Below, in pieces: positions 37,520-47,900 of a DNA stretch of 64,000 nt. Under the pieces are notes generated by a model that was not told the DNA's origin, did not search any database, and was given only the letters and a program-made list of their open reading frames with translations. The position numbers and the translations under genes are program-made. Every line of letters begins with the position of its first letter. Position 1 is the stretch's first letter. The stretch is from an uncultured Pseudomonadota bacterium (GTDB taxonomy: Bacteria; Babelota; Babeliae; Babelales; RVW-14), in assembly GCA_964527595.1 (NCBI GenBank), contig CAZGPI010000001.1, positions 12,865-76,864 on the forward strand, given 5' to 3'.

Positions 37520-38119
37520 ATGCATATCAACGCAAAAAAAGATCTTATTTGGTTTAAAAAATGCTGTGCCAATAAATCACTTGTTAATAAACTCAAAAAA
37601 ATCAAACTCATCATCAGCGATGTGGATGGAACCTTAACCGACGCCAGCATTTACACTTCGGAAGAAGGTGAAGGTGGCCGTTACTTTTCGGTCCAAGATG
37701 GATACATAACTCAGCCAGCAATTCAAAGCGGCCTACACATAGCCTTTGTTAGCGGAAAAAGCAACTTATCAACTCTCAAGCGAGGCCTCAAGCTTGGCAT
37801 ACCAGAAGATATGTGCATCGGTGGCGCCAAAGAAAAGATTTCTATCGCCAAAAAACTCCAAGACAAAGTAAATGTTACCATCGATCAAACAATGATTTTT
37901 GGTGATGATTTTCTTGATGCAAACGTTAAAGTTAACAAAGCCGTTGGCCTTTATATTTGCCCCCTCAATACACCATTTTATCTTCAAAATATGGCCGACT
38001 TAGTTATTCCAGCAGCTGGCGGAACCTATGCCTTTAGATTACTCCTTGATCTTATGCTTTTTTTGAACAAAAAACACTTTGCCCAAGCACTTATTGAAAA
38101 AGCGCTTAAGACGAAATAA
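37520..38119 (+). CDS. kdsC: KDO 8-phosphate phosphatase
   Basis: IKLIISDVDGTLTD, FSVQDG, SG, GDD..D, GG..AFR; precedes the lptC-like gene. Confidence 0.85.
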   Translation: MHINAKKDLIWFKKCCANKSLVNKLKKIKLIISDVDGTLTDASIYTSEEGEGGRYFSVQDGYITQPAIQSGLHIAFVSGKSNLSTLKRGLKLGIPEDMCIGGAKEKISIAKKLQDKVNVTIDQTMIFGDDFLDANVKVNKAVGLYICPLNTPFYLQNMADLVIPAAGGTYAFRLLLDLMLFLNKKHFAQALIEKALKTK

Positions 38120-38128
38120 AAAGCCATT

Positions 38129-38740
38129 ATGAATCGCAAAGTTTTTTACACAATAACGGTTGGTGGTATCATCTTGATACTTGTTATGGTTTTATTAATG
38201 CTTTGGTATGCCGCAAGACCACAAAAGAAAAAGCAACCCAGCACCAAACCTGTCAACACCGAGTCAATAGCCACTGGCCAAAATTCATCTATTGAATCAA
38301 TGGCAAATATTACCATCAAAGACCTAACACTCAAAGAGCTTGAAAAAAAGAAGGATATCGAAGTTATTGTAAACGCCAAAGAATGCAAATTTCTTCAATT
38401 TTCCGACACCGTTGAGTGCTCTCAAGTCACTTGCACGCTTCTCGACCACAAAATACCAAGTGCTCAAATTACCACGAATAAAGCGCTCATTAATCGTAAA
38501 AATAAAAACATCTTTTTTGCTGGAGTAGTACAAGGAACCATGAAAAATTTGGCTATCACCGGCGCTGATATAAACTATGATTTTGCTCAGCAAATTCTAC
38601 AAACAAACCAAAATGCCCTCTATACACACCCAGACTTTAAAATTAGTTCGCAAAAAAGCTTTATTGATATAAAAAACAATCGTATTGAATTTTCAGGCGG
38701 TGTTATAAACGAATTTAAAGTGCACGACAAGCAACAATAG
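38129..38740 (+). CDS. lptC: LPS export protein LptC-like
   Basis: Single N-terminal TM plus beta-jellyroll-like periplasmic domain; kdsC-lptC synteny. Confidence 0.65.
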   Translation: MNRKVFYTITVGGIILILVMVLLMLWYAARPQKKKQPSTKPVNTESIATGQNSSIESMANITIKDLTLKELEKKKDIEVIVNAKECKFLQFSDTVECSQVTCTLLDHKIPSAQITTNKALINRKNKNIFFAGVVQGTMKNLAITGADINYDFAQQILQTNQNALYTHPDFKISSQKSFIDIKNNRIEFSGGVINEFKVHDKQQ

Positions 38741-39368
38741 CCGTAATAGATAACGGTTCGTAAACAAGAAGAGCCTTGGCCGCGCTTTTGATTGTTGCTC
38801 CGGTGGTGTAAAGATCATCAACCAAAACGATATGTTTGCCCTTAAATTGATTTCCACCCATCATGCGATATCGCCAACTAATCCCAAAAGCGTCGGCTAG
38901 ATTATCTTGGCGCTCTGCACCCCTTAACCGATATTGAAATATTGTACGCTTATGGCGCGCAAGAATCGGAATAACCGGAGCCTTAATCGTTCGCCCAATA
39001 ACCTTTGCCATCTCGGTTGCTTGGTTAAAACCGCGCCCAGCATATCGTGTCCAATGTAATGGTATTGGCACCAAAATGTCACACGGTATCACAGCAAAAG
39101 GAATCATCTTAAGCATAAAAGCACCCAATTGCTTGCTTGCAAGAATATCTGACCCAATTTTTTTCAGCACCATTGGGCGCAATGGATCTTGATAGGCACC
39201 CGCAGCATAAACCTTGAGTACATATTTTTTGGTTATTGGAACATAAAGTGAAACAACCGGTTTAACCCGAGCCAAACAAGAACAGCACAAAAATTCTTGT
39301 GGCGGAATTAAATCGAGACAAGATCGACAACGGGATGGATAAAGAAATTGAAGTAGCGATGTTAGCAA
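38715..39368 (-). CDS. comF: ComF family protein (Zn finger plus PRTase)
   Basis: LYP..C..C....LC..C, PIPLH..R...RGFNQ, LVDDLYTTGAT; TTG start at 39368 after GGAGG. Confidence 0.9.
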   Translation of the reverse strand: MLTSLLQFLYPSRCRSCLDLIPPQEFLCCSCLARVKPVVSLYVPITKKYVLKVYAAGAYQDPLRPMVLKKIGSDILASKQLGAFMLKMIPFAVIPCDILVPIPLHWTRYAGRGFNQATEMAKVIGRTIKAPVIPILARHKRTIFQYRLRGAERQDNLADAFGISWRYRMMGGNQFKGKHIVLVDDLYTTGATIKSAAKALLVYEPLSITAIVACRAL

Positions 39369-39381
39369 ACCCGCACCCTCC

Positions 39382-39864
39382 CTAATGAGCCATCCACCAT
39401 ACAAATTGTAAAAAGATGTTTACTAAAAAGCCAGCGGCCAAATCAACCCCAAGCAATGCAGCAAATAACGGCCATCGCTCAAGCTCGCACCCAAAAACTT
39501 TTTCCACTAAAGCTGGAATAGCATATTTGGCTAAGTAAAAAAGCAAAAACCCAATGGCCGCAAACTTAATGGTTAATGGAATATACATGAACACAATAAG
39601 CATGCCCAAAAGATTTTGAATCACAATGACACCCGGATGTTGATCGCATTCACACGCCAAAGCCCCATAAATAGAGGCCGCGCCAAGAGTAAGGCAAAGC
39701 ACCGTGCTAAGATAAAACACAAAGGGGCTTGCCACCGATAACCATCCAAAAACAAAAATCGGGGGAAACGCAGACAATGCGGCAACTTGTGCTCCAAATG
39801 GCAGGTACCCAATAGCTCCTAAAGACGCAATCTTAAGGCACCATTCTTTAATCTTAATTTTCAT
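39382..39864 (-). CDS. PgpA-like membrane protein with degenerate active site
   Basis: G.IGYLP start, HPGVIVIQN..G and VDLAAG align to PgpA DP..IVIDE..G and DD..AG. Confidence 0.55.
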   Translation of the reverse strand: MKIKIKEWCLKIASLGAIGYLPFGAQVAALSAFPPIFVFGWLSVASPFVFYLSTVLCLTLGAASIYGALACECDQHPGVIVIQNLLGMLIVFMYIPLTIKFAAIGFLLFYLAKYAIPALVEKVFGCELERWPLFAALLGVDLAAGFLVNIFLQFVWWMAH

Positions 39865-40318
39865 GAGGGCCCATCATATTTTTAATCAGCAGACCAATAA
39901 CACCACCAACAATAAACGTATCGGCAACATTAAACGTTGGCCAATACCATGTCCCTATATGAAGTTGGATAAAATCAATAACCCCACCAAAAATCAATCT
40001 ATCAATAAGATTAGAAATAGCCCCAGCCAAAATGATTACTTCAAAAAAAATATTGGTCTTGTTTTTGTATAACTGGTGGTAAAAAGCATAATAACTAAGC
40101 CATAGAATAACAAGGGTGATAAATGAAGTCAGAAGGTAAAAGCCATATACTGAAGCACTATGAAAAATACCCCAACTTACACCGCGATTCCACACTAAGG
40201 AAAAATTAAGAAGTGGAAAAATCTGAAGATCAATATCGTTAGTCAATGCCCACCATTTCGACCAACGATCAAACCCAAAGCTACATAAAAACAGGAGTGT
40301 GTATGTAATAATTTTCAC
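39854..40318 (-). CDS. lspA: Lipoprotein signal peptidase II
   Basis: D..SK, WNRGVSWG, GAISNLIDR..GGVIDFI, WPTFNVAD; GTG overlaps the pheT stop. Confidence 0.95.
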   Translation of the reverse strand: MKIITYTLLFLCSFGFDRWSKWWALTNDIDLQIFPLLNFSLVWNRGVSWGIFHSASVYGFYLLTSFITLVILWLSYYAFYHQLYKNKTNIFFEVIILAGAISNLIDRLIFGGVIDFIQLHIGTWYWPTFNVADTFIVGGVIGLLIKNMMGPHEN

Positions 40319-42714
40319 GCATTCTCCGCTGTTCGTAAAATGGCACCCAGCTCGGTAGCAATACCAACAACCGTCGCCCATACCGCATCTATCTCATCTT
40401 TTTCTAAAGTTTTTTCAGGACTTGATACCCACGCTCTAAATGTTAATGAACGCTGATCTATCCATTCTTTTTTTTCAAAGAAATCAACAAGCTCTATTTT
40501 TTTAATCAAAAAACTCGCCTGGGCAAAACGCTCTTGTAATTCTGCAACGGTCAAGGTGAGCGGAACCATCAGGCTCACATCAAAATAAGTATTTTGAAAT
40601 TTCGATATATGTTCATAATGCTTTTCAAGCGGGGCGAGCGAGCACAATAAATCACCATTCAATTCAAAAATAAACGCATTGCTTTCTGGTAATGCATCGA
40701 ACTTTGATAAAAATGATCGATCAATTGTTCCGGCAAAACCAAGAACCTGTTGCCCATACATAAGCTGAACCGTCTGATGTGAAAGATACCATGGAGAAGG
40801 AACATTTTTTGCCTTCTGCCAGCTAACCATTTTTTCATCAAGCCCCAAGAACCTCAAAAGTCCTTGAATTTCAGACTTGCTTACGTAAAAATCAACAGCA
40901 CCTTTTCGCTCAAAAAATATTCCCGCCAAGCAATTTTGCTCTTTAACGTTACCGTCATGATAAGGCCAAATCTTTCCCCACTCAAAAATAGGCAGACTAT
41001 CACGATGCGTTTGATTTTCGCGAAGATTTTTTAATAGGCCCGGAATAAGAGAGGTAATGAGCCGACAATAATTTTCAGATACCGGGTTAATAAGCGGCAG
41101 CGCCTCAATATCACGGAGCCCCAAAGAGACAAGATTTTCTTCATCAAAAAATGCATAACTTTGAAATTCTATCATCTTTGAAGAATGCGCTAAGAAGTGT
41201 TTGATTTTACGCACGCGCATCATACTTTGCATATCGTATGGAGGCCGAATAATTGGAGGCAGAATATGTGGAATTTTTTCAAAACCATAGCAACGAATAA
41301 CTTCTTCTAAAATGTCTTCTTTGATATTGACGTCCTTATTCGCTCGAAATGTAGGAACCCCAATAAGATAGACTCGCTCTTTATTCTCTTCAGAAATGTA
41401 GCTTTGTAGCACCTTAAATCCAAGCTTAGCCAAAGGCTTGACCACATCATCTTCGCGCAGGGTAATTCCGATACGTTTTTCTAAAAATTTATGGCTAACC
41501 TCAATAACCTGTTCCTTTATCGCGGGAATACCAACGGCGATAATTTCATCGGCAACGATTGCCTTTATGCCACATTCTTCAAGTAGTTTTAAAAAACGAA
41601 AAATAGCTTCGATAGCCGTATTTGGGTCAAGCGTCTTTTCAAAACGAGCAGATGAATCGGTACGCAACTTGTGGCGTAATGAAGACCGACGAACGGTCGC
41701 CGCACCAAAATTTGCACCTTCAACAAAAATCGATTTTGTTTGGGCACTCACCGAGTCACCGCGGCCACCCTTTACGCCAGCAAGGCACATTGGGCGCACG
41801 CCATTTGCAATCACCAAATCACTGTCAGCTAATTCTATCGATTGACCGTCAAGAAGATCAAGTTTTTCACCCTGATTGGCCATGCGAATAATAACACGTT
41901 TATCACTTATTTTATCGGCATCGTAAACATGCATTGGTTGCGACCAATCACAAGAAATGTAATTTGCCAAATCAACAAGCGCGTTAATGGGACGCAACCC
42001 AACCCGAAGCAATCGGCTTGCGATTAAAAGGTTGGATGGTTTATTTTCAACAGTTTTAATATAAAGGCCCGCAAATCGTTGGCATGCACCGCCCGATTTG
42101 TTTTCGACAATAATCGGCGTTGTTGCCGTCACCGGGGAAATATCGGACGAATACAAAACATGGTGTCTTTTCAAAAATTCATCATCGCACAAAAAAGGCA
42201 AATCTAAAAAGGCGGCAATTTCACGAGCAAACCCGCGATGCCCCCACATATCTGGGCGATGATTAAGCGATTTATTATCAACCTCTAATAAGATATCTTC
42301 AGCCTCAAAAAATGATCGCCAATTGCCTTGCAGCAAATGTTCTTCTACATCAAAAGCAGGCAATAGCCCTTCTTTTTCTACGCCAAAATCACTCAAGGTT
42401 GCCCAGGCAAAATCTTTGCCTGTTTTTTTTAACATGAATATTGGATTAGGTACTTGAGCGCTAATTAAATCATCATTTTTGGCGCGCATCAACAATGTTA
42501 CATTTTGAGATAATTCTGGAATCGAAAGTATAACCCCGCCAGCAGATTCGCTCTCTTTACGCGCTAAATAAAACTGCCCGAGATCGGTTTTAAAACGAGA
42601 AACATGCTCAATTTCGGCAACAATAGCATTAAATTTTGATGCTATAAGATTGATATCTTGATCTTTCCAATCAGCTTCGATGTGATCAAAAATCCAGGCA
42701 AGGGATAATTTCAT
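40315..42714 (-). CDS. pheT: Phenylalanine-tRNA ligase beta subunit
   Basis: NHRPD..GHRGFAREIAA, RPINALVD..NY, QPMHVYD, SSARFEK, D..EEVIR.YG, C-terminal FDX-ACB domain. Confidence 0.94.
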   Translation of the reverse strand: MKLSLAWIFDHIEADWKDQDINLIASKFNAIVAEIEHVSRFKTDLGQFYLARKESESAGGVILSIPELSQNVTLLMRAKNDDLISAQVPNPIFMLKKTGKDFAWATLSDFGVEKEGLLPAFDVEEHLLQGNWRSFFEAEDILLEVDNKSLNHRPDMWGHRGFAREIAAFLDLPFLCDDEFLKRHHVLYSSDISPVTATTPIIVENKSGGACQRFAGLYIKTVENKPSNLLIASRLLRVGLRPINALVDLANYISCDWSQPMHVYDADKISDKRVIIRMANQGEKLDLLDGQSIELADSDLVIANGVRPMCLAGVKGGRGDSVSAQTKSIFVEGANFGAATVRRSSLRHKLRTDSSARFEKTLDPNTAIEAIFRFLKLLEECGIKAIVADEIIAVGIPAIKEQVIEVSHKFLEKRIGITLREDDVVKPLAKLGFKVLQSYISEENKERVYLIGVPTFRANKDVNIKEDILEEVIRCYGFEKIPHILPPIIRPPYDMQSMMRVRKIKHFLAHSSKMIEFQSYAFFDEENLVSLGLRDIEALPLINPVSENYCRLITSLIPGLLKNLRENQTHRDSLPIFEWGKIWPYHDGNVKEQNCLAGIFFERKGAVDFYVSKSEIQGLLRFLGLDEKMVSWQKAKNVPSPWYLSHQTVQLMYGQQVLGFAGTIDRSFLSKFDALPESNAFIFELNGDLLCSLAPLEKHYEHISKFQNTYFDVSLMVPLTLTVAELQERFAQASFLIKKIELVDFFEKKEWIDQRSLTFRAWVSSPEKTLEKDEIDAVWATVVGIATELGAILRTAENA

Positions 42715-42800
42715 GAAGACACCCCACTCGCAATAAGTTCTTTTTTAAACACAATACTTGTAAGATGCCCAAGAATACGTCGAACGTCAATGAGAAACCA

Positions 42801-43982
42801 CTAAGCAAACAATCGCAATGCTATGTTACCGTAGTAAAAAACCACAGAACCTGCAAAGGTAATATATACCAATGGCTTGGTCCAACAAAAACCGAATAAT
42901 TTTTTTGCTGTGTTTCCTAACGCTAGGGCAATAAGAGCCGGATATCCAACAACGACAACAGGCTCAATAACGGCCATAAGTCCGGAGAATCCAAGGTTGG
43001 CCATTGCAAAGATAATCGAAACGGTAATAAGCAATGCGTGAATATAACGCACCTTGCCCTTGAAAATATCGGTACTTAAATAATCGGCAAAAACGGTTGT
43101 TAAGGCCATTGCCGTTATTAAACAAGCAATTGCAACGGTCATATTTGCTAGAACGCCACCCTTGTGACCAAGAATAAGTGTCGCCAATGCACAAAGTAAT
43201 TTCTCTTGCGGAACATCATAAACATGTGAGCCATACATTGCGGCGATAAAGCAAAAGCCTAAATACACAACACCCAATAATCCGCCGCCAATAAGCCCGG
43301 CCTTGAGGCCTATTTTGGCAATTGCTTTGCCATCAACATCAGAATTAGAATTTTTTTTCATTTGACTATGGATAGAACCATAAATAAGACTAGCAAAAAA
43401 TATCGTCCCCAATAAATCAAGAGTATAATAGCCTTCCTTCAGCCCTTTAAAGAAAACGCCAGCTGATGAAATAGCCGAAGGCTCAAGCCATAATGGTGAT
43501 AAAAGCCCAAGAATTATAATGGAAAAAAGAAGGACAAGTTTTAACGGTCCTAGCACTTTTCCAAACAATCCAACAACGCTATTTTTTCTCAAGGTTAGAA
43601 CAAATATAAGAATTGTCGTTAATAAGCTAAACAAAACCAAAGGACAATTGGGCAAATACCAGCTCACGGCTGAATATGAAAGTACAATACATCGCGGCGC
43701 CAAAACAGGCCCAAGTAAAAGCATGCAAATAAAACAAACAACCACGCCGGCTGTTTTTCCCATCTCGGCCAAAAACAACTTGTAATTCCCCTCAAAAAGC
43801 ATTGCCGAAATCAAGCCTAGCAAAGGAACAAGAACGGCCGTGATAAAAAAGCCCGCAATTGCAAACCAAACTTTGTCGCCAACATCTCTTCCAAGAGTAA
43901 GTGGGAAAACAACATTCCCCGCGCCAAACAACATGGTAAATATGGCAAGACCTAATGGAAAAACCCTCGGCTTATGTATCAC
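42801..43982 (-). CDS. brnQ: Branched-chain amino acid carrier (LIVCS family)
   Basis: GLAIF.MLFGAGNV.FP..LG, PR, GYYTLDLL, AC..TA, YP motifs; GTG start after AAGGA. Confidence 0.9.
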   Translation of the reverse strand: MIHKPRVFPLGLAIFTMLFGAGNVVFPLTLGRDVGDKVWFAIAGFFITAVLVPLLGLISAMLFEGNYKLFLAEMGKTAGVVVCFICMLLLGPVLAPRCIVLSYSAVSWYLPNCPLVLFSLLTTILIFVLTLRKNSVVGLFGKVLGPLKLVLLFSIIILGLLSPLWLEPSAISSAGVFFKGLKEGYYTLDLLGTIFFASLIYGSIHSQMKKNSNSDVDGKAIAKIGLKAGLIGGGLLGVVYLGFCFIAAMYGSHVYDVPQEKLLCALATLILGHKGGVLANMTVAIACLITAMALTTVFADYLSTDIFKGKVRYIHALLITVSIIFAMANLGFSGLMAVIEPVVVVGYPALIALALGNTAKKLFGFCWTKPLVYITFAGSVVFYYGNIALRLFA

Positions 43983-44094
43983 GAATATCCTTTTACTGTT
44001 TATAACGTATAAATCACTCTTTTCGGCTATTTTATCAAAAAATACCATTTAATCCAAGAAGAATATACAGGACAACCCCATTCCGGCCATTTTC

Positions 44095-44122
44095 TTGACC
44101 ATTTGAAAAAATGCTTTATAAT
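44095..44122 (+). promoter_or_regulatory. Putative ssrA promoter
   Basis: TTGACC-N16-TATAAT. Confidence 0.6.
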
Positions 44123-44149
44123 TAAGGTATCTTGGGTCTTTGAAAGTTT

Positions 44150-44557
44150 GGGGGCGTAATTGGTCTCGACGTAATGTCGGATGTTCTGAGTGCATGTCGA
44201 GGTTTTGAATGAATCTCGTTAAAAAACATTCACAAAAAAAACAAATGCCGGTTTTATACCAGCCGCTAATAGCTACAACAGCAGCAATGCTCACGTAGCT
44301 TTTGCCTAATCGCTCATTGAGTAATTAGGATTAGTCTTGTAGGCAAGGGCGCATCTATCCGTTCTGCTTACTCGTATAACCCAAGATAGGACTTTCGAGC
44401 TAGGATTTTTAGTTGTGTAGCTCGTTTGTATCACACAACTGGCTCTTATTCATTTTGTGCTCTCGAGGAGGAGTAAGAGTATATTCGAGGGATAAACATG
44501 TAGTGCTTGGTGCATGTGGTATTGCGGACATGGGTTCGACTCCCATCGCCTCCACCA
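44150..44557 (+). ncRNA. ssrA: tmRNA
   Basis: 5' GGGGGCG..GGTCTCGAC; 3' GACATGGGTTCGACTCCCATCGCCTCCACCA; G3-U wobble in the acceptor stem; tag ORF 44247-44309 AGFIPAANSYNSSNAHVAFA*. Confidence 0.95.
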
Positions 44558-44663
44558 GCCTTCGCCCAGGTGGCTTCGGCTGGCACGCCAACCAGCTAAG
44601 GCATAAAAACATTAAACAGAAAAAAAGACGTAGGCTGCGCGCCGTAGCCTTGGCAAAGGCGGG
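44558..44663. repeat. Inverted pair of family D palindromes abutting the tmRNA CCA end
   Basis: GCCTTCGCCCAGGTGGCTTCGGCTGGCACGCC and inverted GGCTGCGCGCCGTAGCCTTGGCAAAGGC; third copy at 19016-19044. Confidence 0.75.
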
Positions 44664-44691
44664 CTTCCCTATATTAAAAAAAACAAAAAAT

Positions 44692-44934
44692 ATGTATTAC
44701 GTTTATTTACTTCGTTCAATAACATCACCAGACAAAACTTATATTGGTTATACAATAAATGTTAAGGAACGATTTGAAAAGCACAACACCGGCACATGTC
44801 TTTATTCATCTAAATACAAGCCATGGCAATTAGTTGCGTGTTTTGCTTTTCGATATAAAGCTCGAGCAATATCTTTTGAAGAATATTTAAAAAGTTGATC
44901 AGGCAGGGCTTTTGCTATAAATCATTTTTGGTAA
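44692..44934 (+). pseudogene. Small GIY-YIG nuclease with an in-frame TGA 12 codons before the natural stop
   Basis: MYYVYLL.S..YIGYT..RF.KHN.G..KYKPW..A..FE.YLKS*SGRAFA..HF; family ending is YLKSGSGRAF. Confidence 0.82.
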
Positions 44935-44969
44935 TAAAATTCTTATTGGCCCTATTCCTTCTATTTATT

Positions 44970-47900
44970 TTATTTCTTCCCCAGTCTAATAGCTAATGCT
45001 TCATCCCCATCTTCCGTTCCAGAAGTAAGGTTTAACACTTGCGGCAAAGCCAGCTTAATGTTATTTGCCTTGAATGCTTTCATCGTTTCCATGCGGATTT
45101 GTGCCGCGATTTCCCATTGATCTCTTACTCGTCGTGCGCTAATAAATGCACGAACCAAAAAATACAGTGCGTTTTCTTCAAATCCTTCAAGCCGTACAAC
45201 AATTGCAGGAACTCGCAAAACAACCGGATTACTTTGCACGACGCTCATCAAAACACGTCTAACCAACTCAGGGTCAGAATCATGAGCAACCCGCACATCC
45301 ATCTCAAATCCAACGGCAAATCTTCCATGGCCCCAATTAATAAATGTTTTCTTCAGAAGCTCCCGATTGGGGATAACGACAGAATGATTTCGCGAGGTAA
45401 CAAGCGTTGTCGTTCGTGCAGAAATTTTATGTACCGTTCCCTGTAATTCATCAATTTGTATAAAGTTTCCAATCTCAATTGGCCGTTCAAGTAAAATCAA
45501 AAATCCACCGACAAAGTCGGTCAAAACATCTTTCAACGCCAAACCTAATCCAACGGCCAAGATACCGCCAATAGACAAAATAAAATAAGAATCGATGTGA
45601 ATAGTCACTAACCCAAACAATAACGCAAGACTTACAAGTATATAATGCAACATGCGTGAAATAGTATTTTGCAACCCAGGCTCGGTTCTTAATATATCAA
45701 ACAACTTATTGAGAATAAATTTGTACACCAATGACGACGTTAAAAAGCCACCAAGAATGAAAAGTACCAATGTAATAAATTGTACAAAACCCAGCTTATT
45801 ACCCGAGCTCAATTGAATAACCCACGTTTCAGACAATAATTGCCATAAATCGGTTGGCATCAAATCGAGTCCCCAAATGCGGGCAAGAATAACGACGGTA
45901 CCAAAAAGTAAAAATAGAAAACTCACAATAACTAAAAAGCCATAGTACGTTTTTGCATATTCAAATTTATCACGAATTTCATCTTCATCTTCTTGCATAA
46001 ACAGAAAAACCGAATACTTACGGATAGAATGGTGCACAAGAAACAAAACATAAAAAAGCGCAATTGATAAAGGTACGGCAAACGCAAGGTACCACGCTAA
46101 ATTTGAATAACCAATTGAATGGTTAGATAAAATCAATAATCCCATCACAAAACCAAATACCGGATAATAATATTTCTCAATTTTTCTTTTAAGCCAAATG
46201 AGAAAATTATTATTTGACGGGATTATCGTAAGTACATCTTCTTTGCTAAAAAACAATAAAATTATTACCAAGACGAACAAAGAATATGCCGCAAGCAAAA
46301 CCCGAGCAAAAAGAACCGGTTGCCCAGCGCCATAAGCCAAAAAAGCAAACCGTAACGGAATCAAAATCGCCGTTGAATAAAAAAACAACGAAAGCAAAAG
46401 AATGAAACGGTCCTGAAGTTTTTCAGCAAACAATAAAAAGCTCAATTTCCTGTTCAATTCCCTTAATTGCAGGATTAAAGCATTGGAAAGATATACAAGC
46501 ACTGGAATAGAAACAGTATAAAATAATGCCAAGTAATAGGGAGTAGCAAAGCTTTTTAATGAACAAAAAACATATCTAAAGTCAAACAGTATATGTAGCG
46601 ACAAAAAGACGAGAGGGAACCAATAAACAAAGAATTTTTGCGCAAATGATATTATTGCATGTGCGATATTAAAATATAGAGTAAATGTCTGAGAAACCGG
46701 CAAAGTAACCAATCTCGATATTTTCTCAAAAAGTCTCTTAATCGCAAACCTTACGCCAATAAAAGTTACTAAAAATAAAATCAAAAAGAGTAACAAATAC
46801 AATACACTTTGCGTCGTTGTCCCAAGAAGCCCCTGTAACATTACCATTGGCGCCAAGTTAGCCGGGGTATCCCAAAAGAATTTTTTACCTATCGCTTCAG
46901 CTTCACTTAAAGAGGCGATAAAAGCACTAAGCGATATAGCCCGCGATGAACGCTTCCAAATATTTTGAGTCATTTTGCGTGACTCTAGGTCGCTAACAAT
47001 TAACTCATAAGAACTTACAACAATCTCCTGATGATTAATCAAATCGGAACAAACGGCCAAAAAGTCTTGTGTTATCTGAGTCAATTGTAATAAATCGTGT
47101 CGTACATCATTGTAATTAGCGATTATGGTTTGAAGTGAGGCTTCTTTGCCCTTGAAGATAGCCGTTTTTTTTGTTTTTAACTTATCAACTTTAAGCTTAA
47201 CGCGCTCCGCTGTACGCTTATTTTCAATTAATGAGTAAACAGCTTCAAGCCGCTTTTCTTTAAAATTCTTGTAATTGGCTTGTTCTATTTCGTGCTGATT
47301 TTTAAAATTGACGAGAAGTTCATCAAAATTTACATGCTCTTCTCGTAATCGATAGCGAACCTCTATCATTAAATACTGCATTTCCTTATGCTTAGCCAAT
47401 GCTTCTGCAACGTCTTTTTCGGTATCGAGCAACAAAATTTCTCGGTCAAGGCGCTGCTGTTGGACATTGAGTTTTTGCGCATTTGACTTAGCTAGCTCAC
47501 TTTCAACATAGTCTTTTTCACCACGACCTTTCATTTGTTTTAATTTTTCGCGCACAAATTCAAGATCCAAATTAAGTTTTTCTTTTTCAAAGTTTTTCGC
47601 TTCACGCGCCTTTGCTATTTCTTCTTTTGTTTTTAATGCCTTTTTGGTCTCTTCTTTCCATTCTGCCTTTGCCAGTTCAACATCTCTGTAATCAAGTAAT
47701 AACCGGCGCTCAATTTGGCCAAGAAAGTTCTTTTCATCAACTAGTTTATTTTGCAAAATGGCAATTTCATCATCCTTGTATTTTTCTTCAAAGGCCAACT
47801 TTTCTATCTTTAGCTTCGAATATTCAATTTTTTCATTAAGTAACCCAACCTCTTGCTCAAAAAGATCTGTTGCATTTTTCACCGCAGTTATTCTTGCTGC

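Noticed and set aside
44049-44612. Minus-strand ORFs 44049-44294 and 44409-44612
   Set aside because: Antisense to tmRNA
44413-44691. N-terminal extension of the GIY-YIG ORF in the ORF track
   Set aside because: Overlaps tmRNA and the repeat pair; similarity starts at MYYVY (44692)
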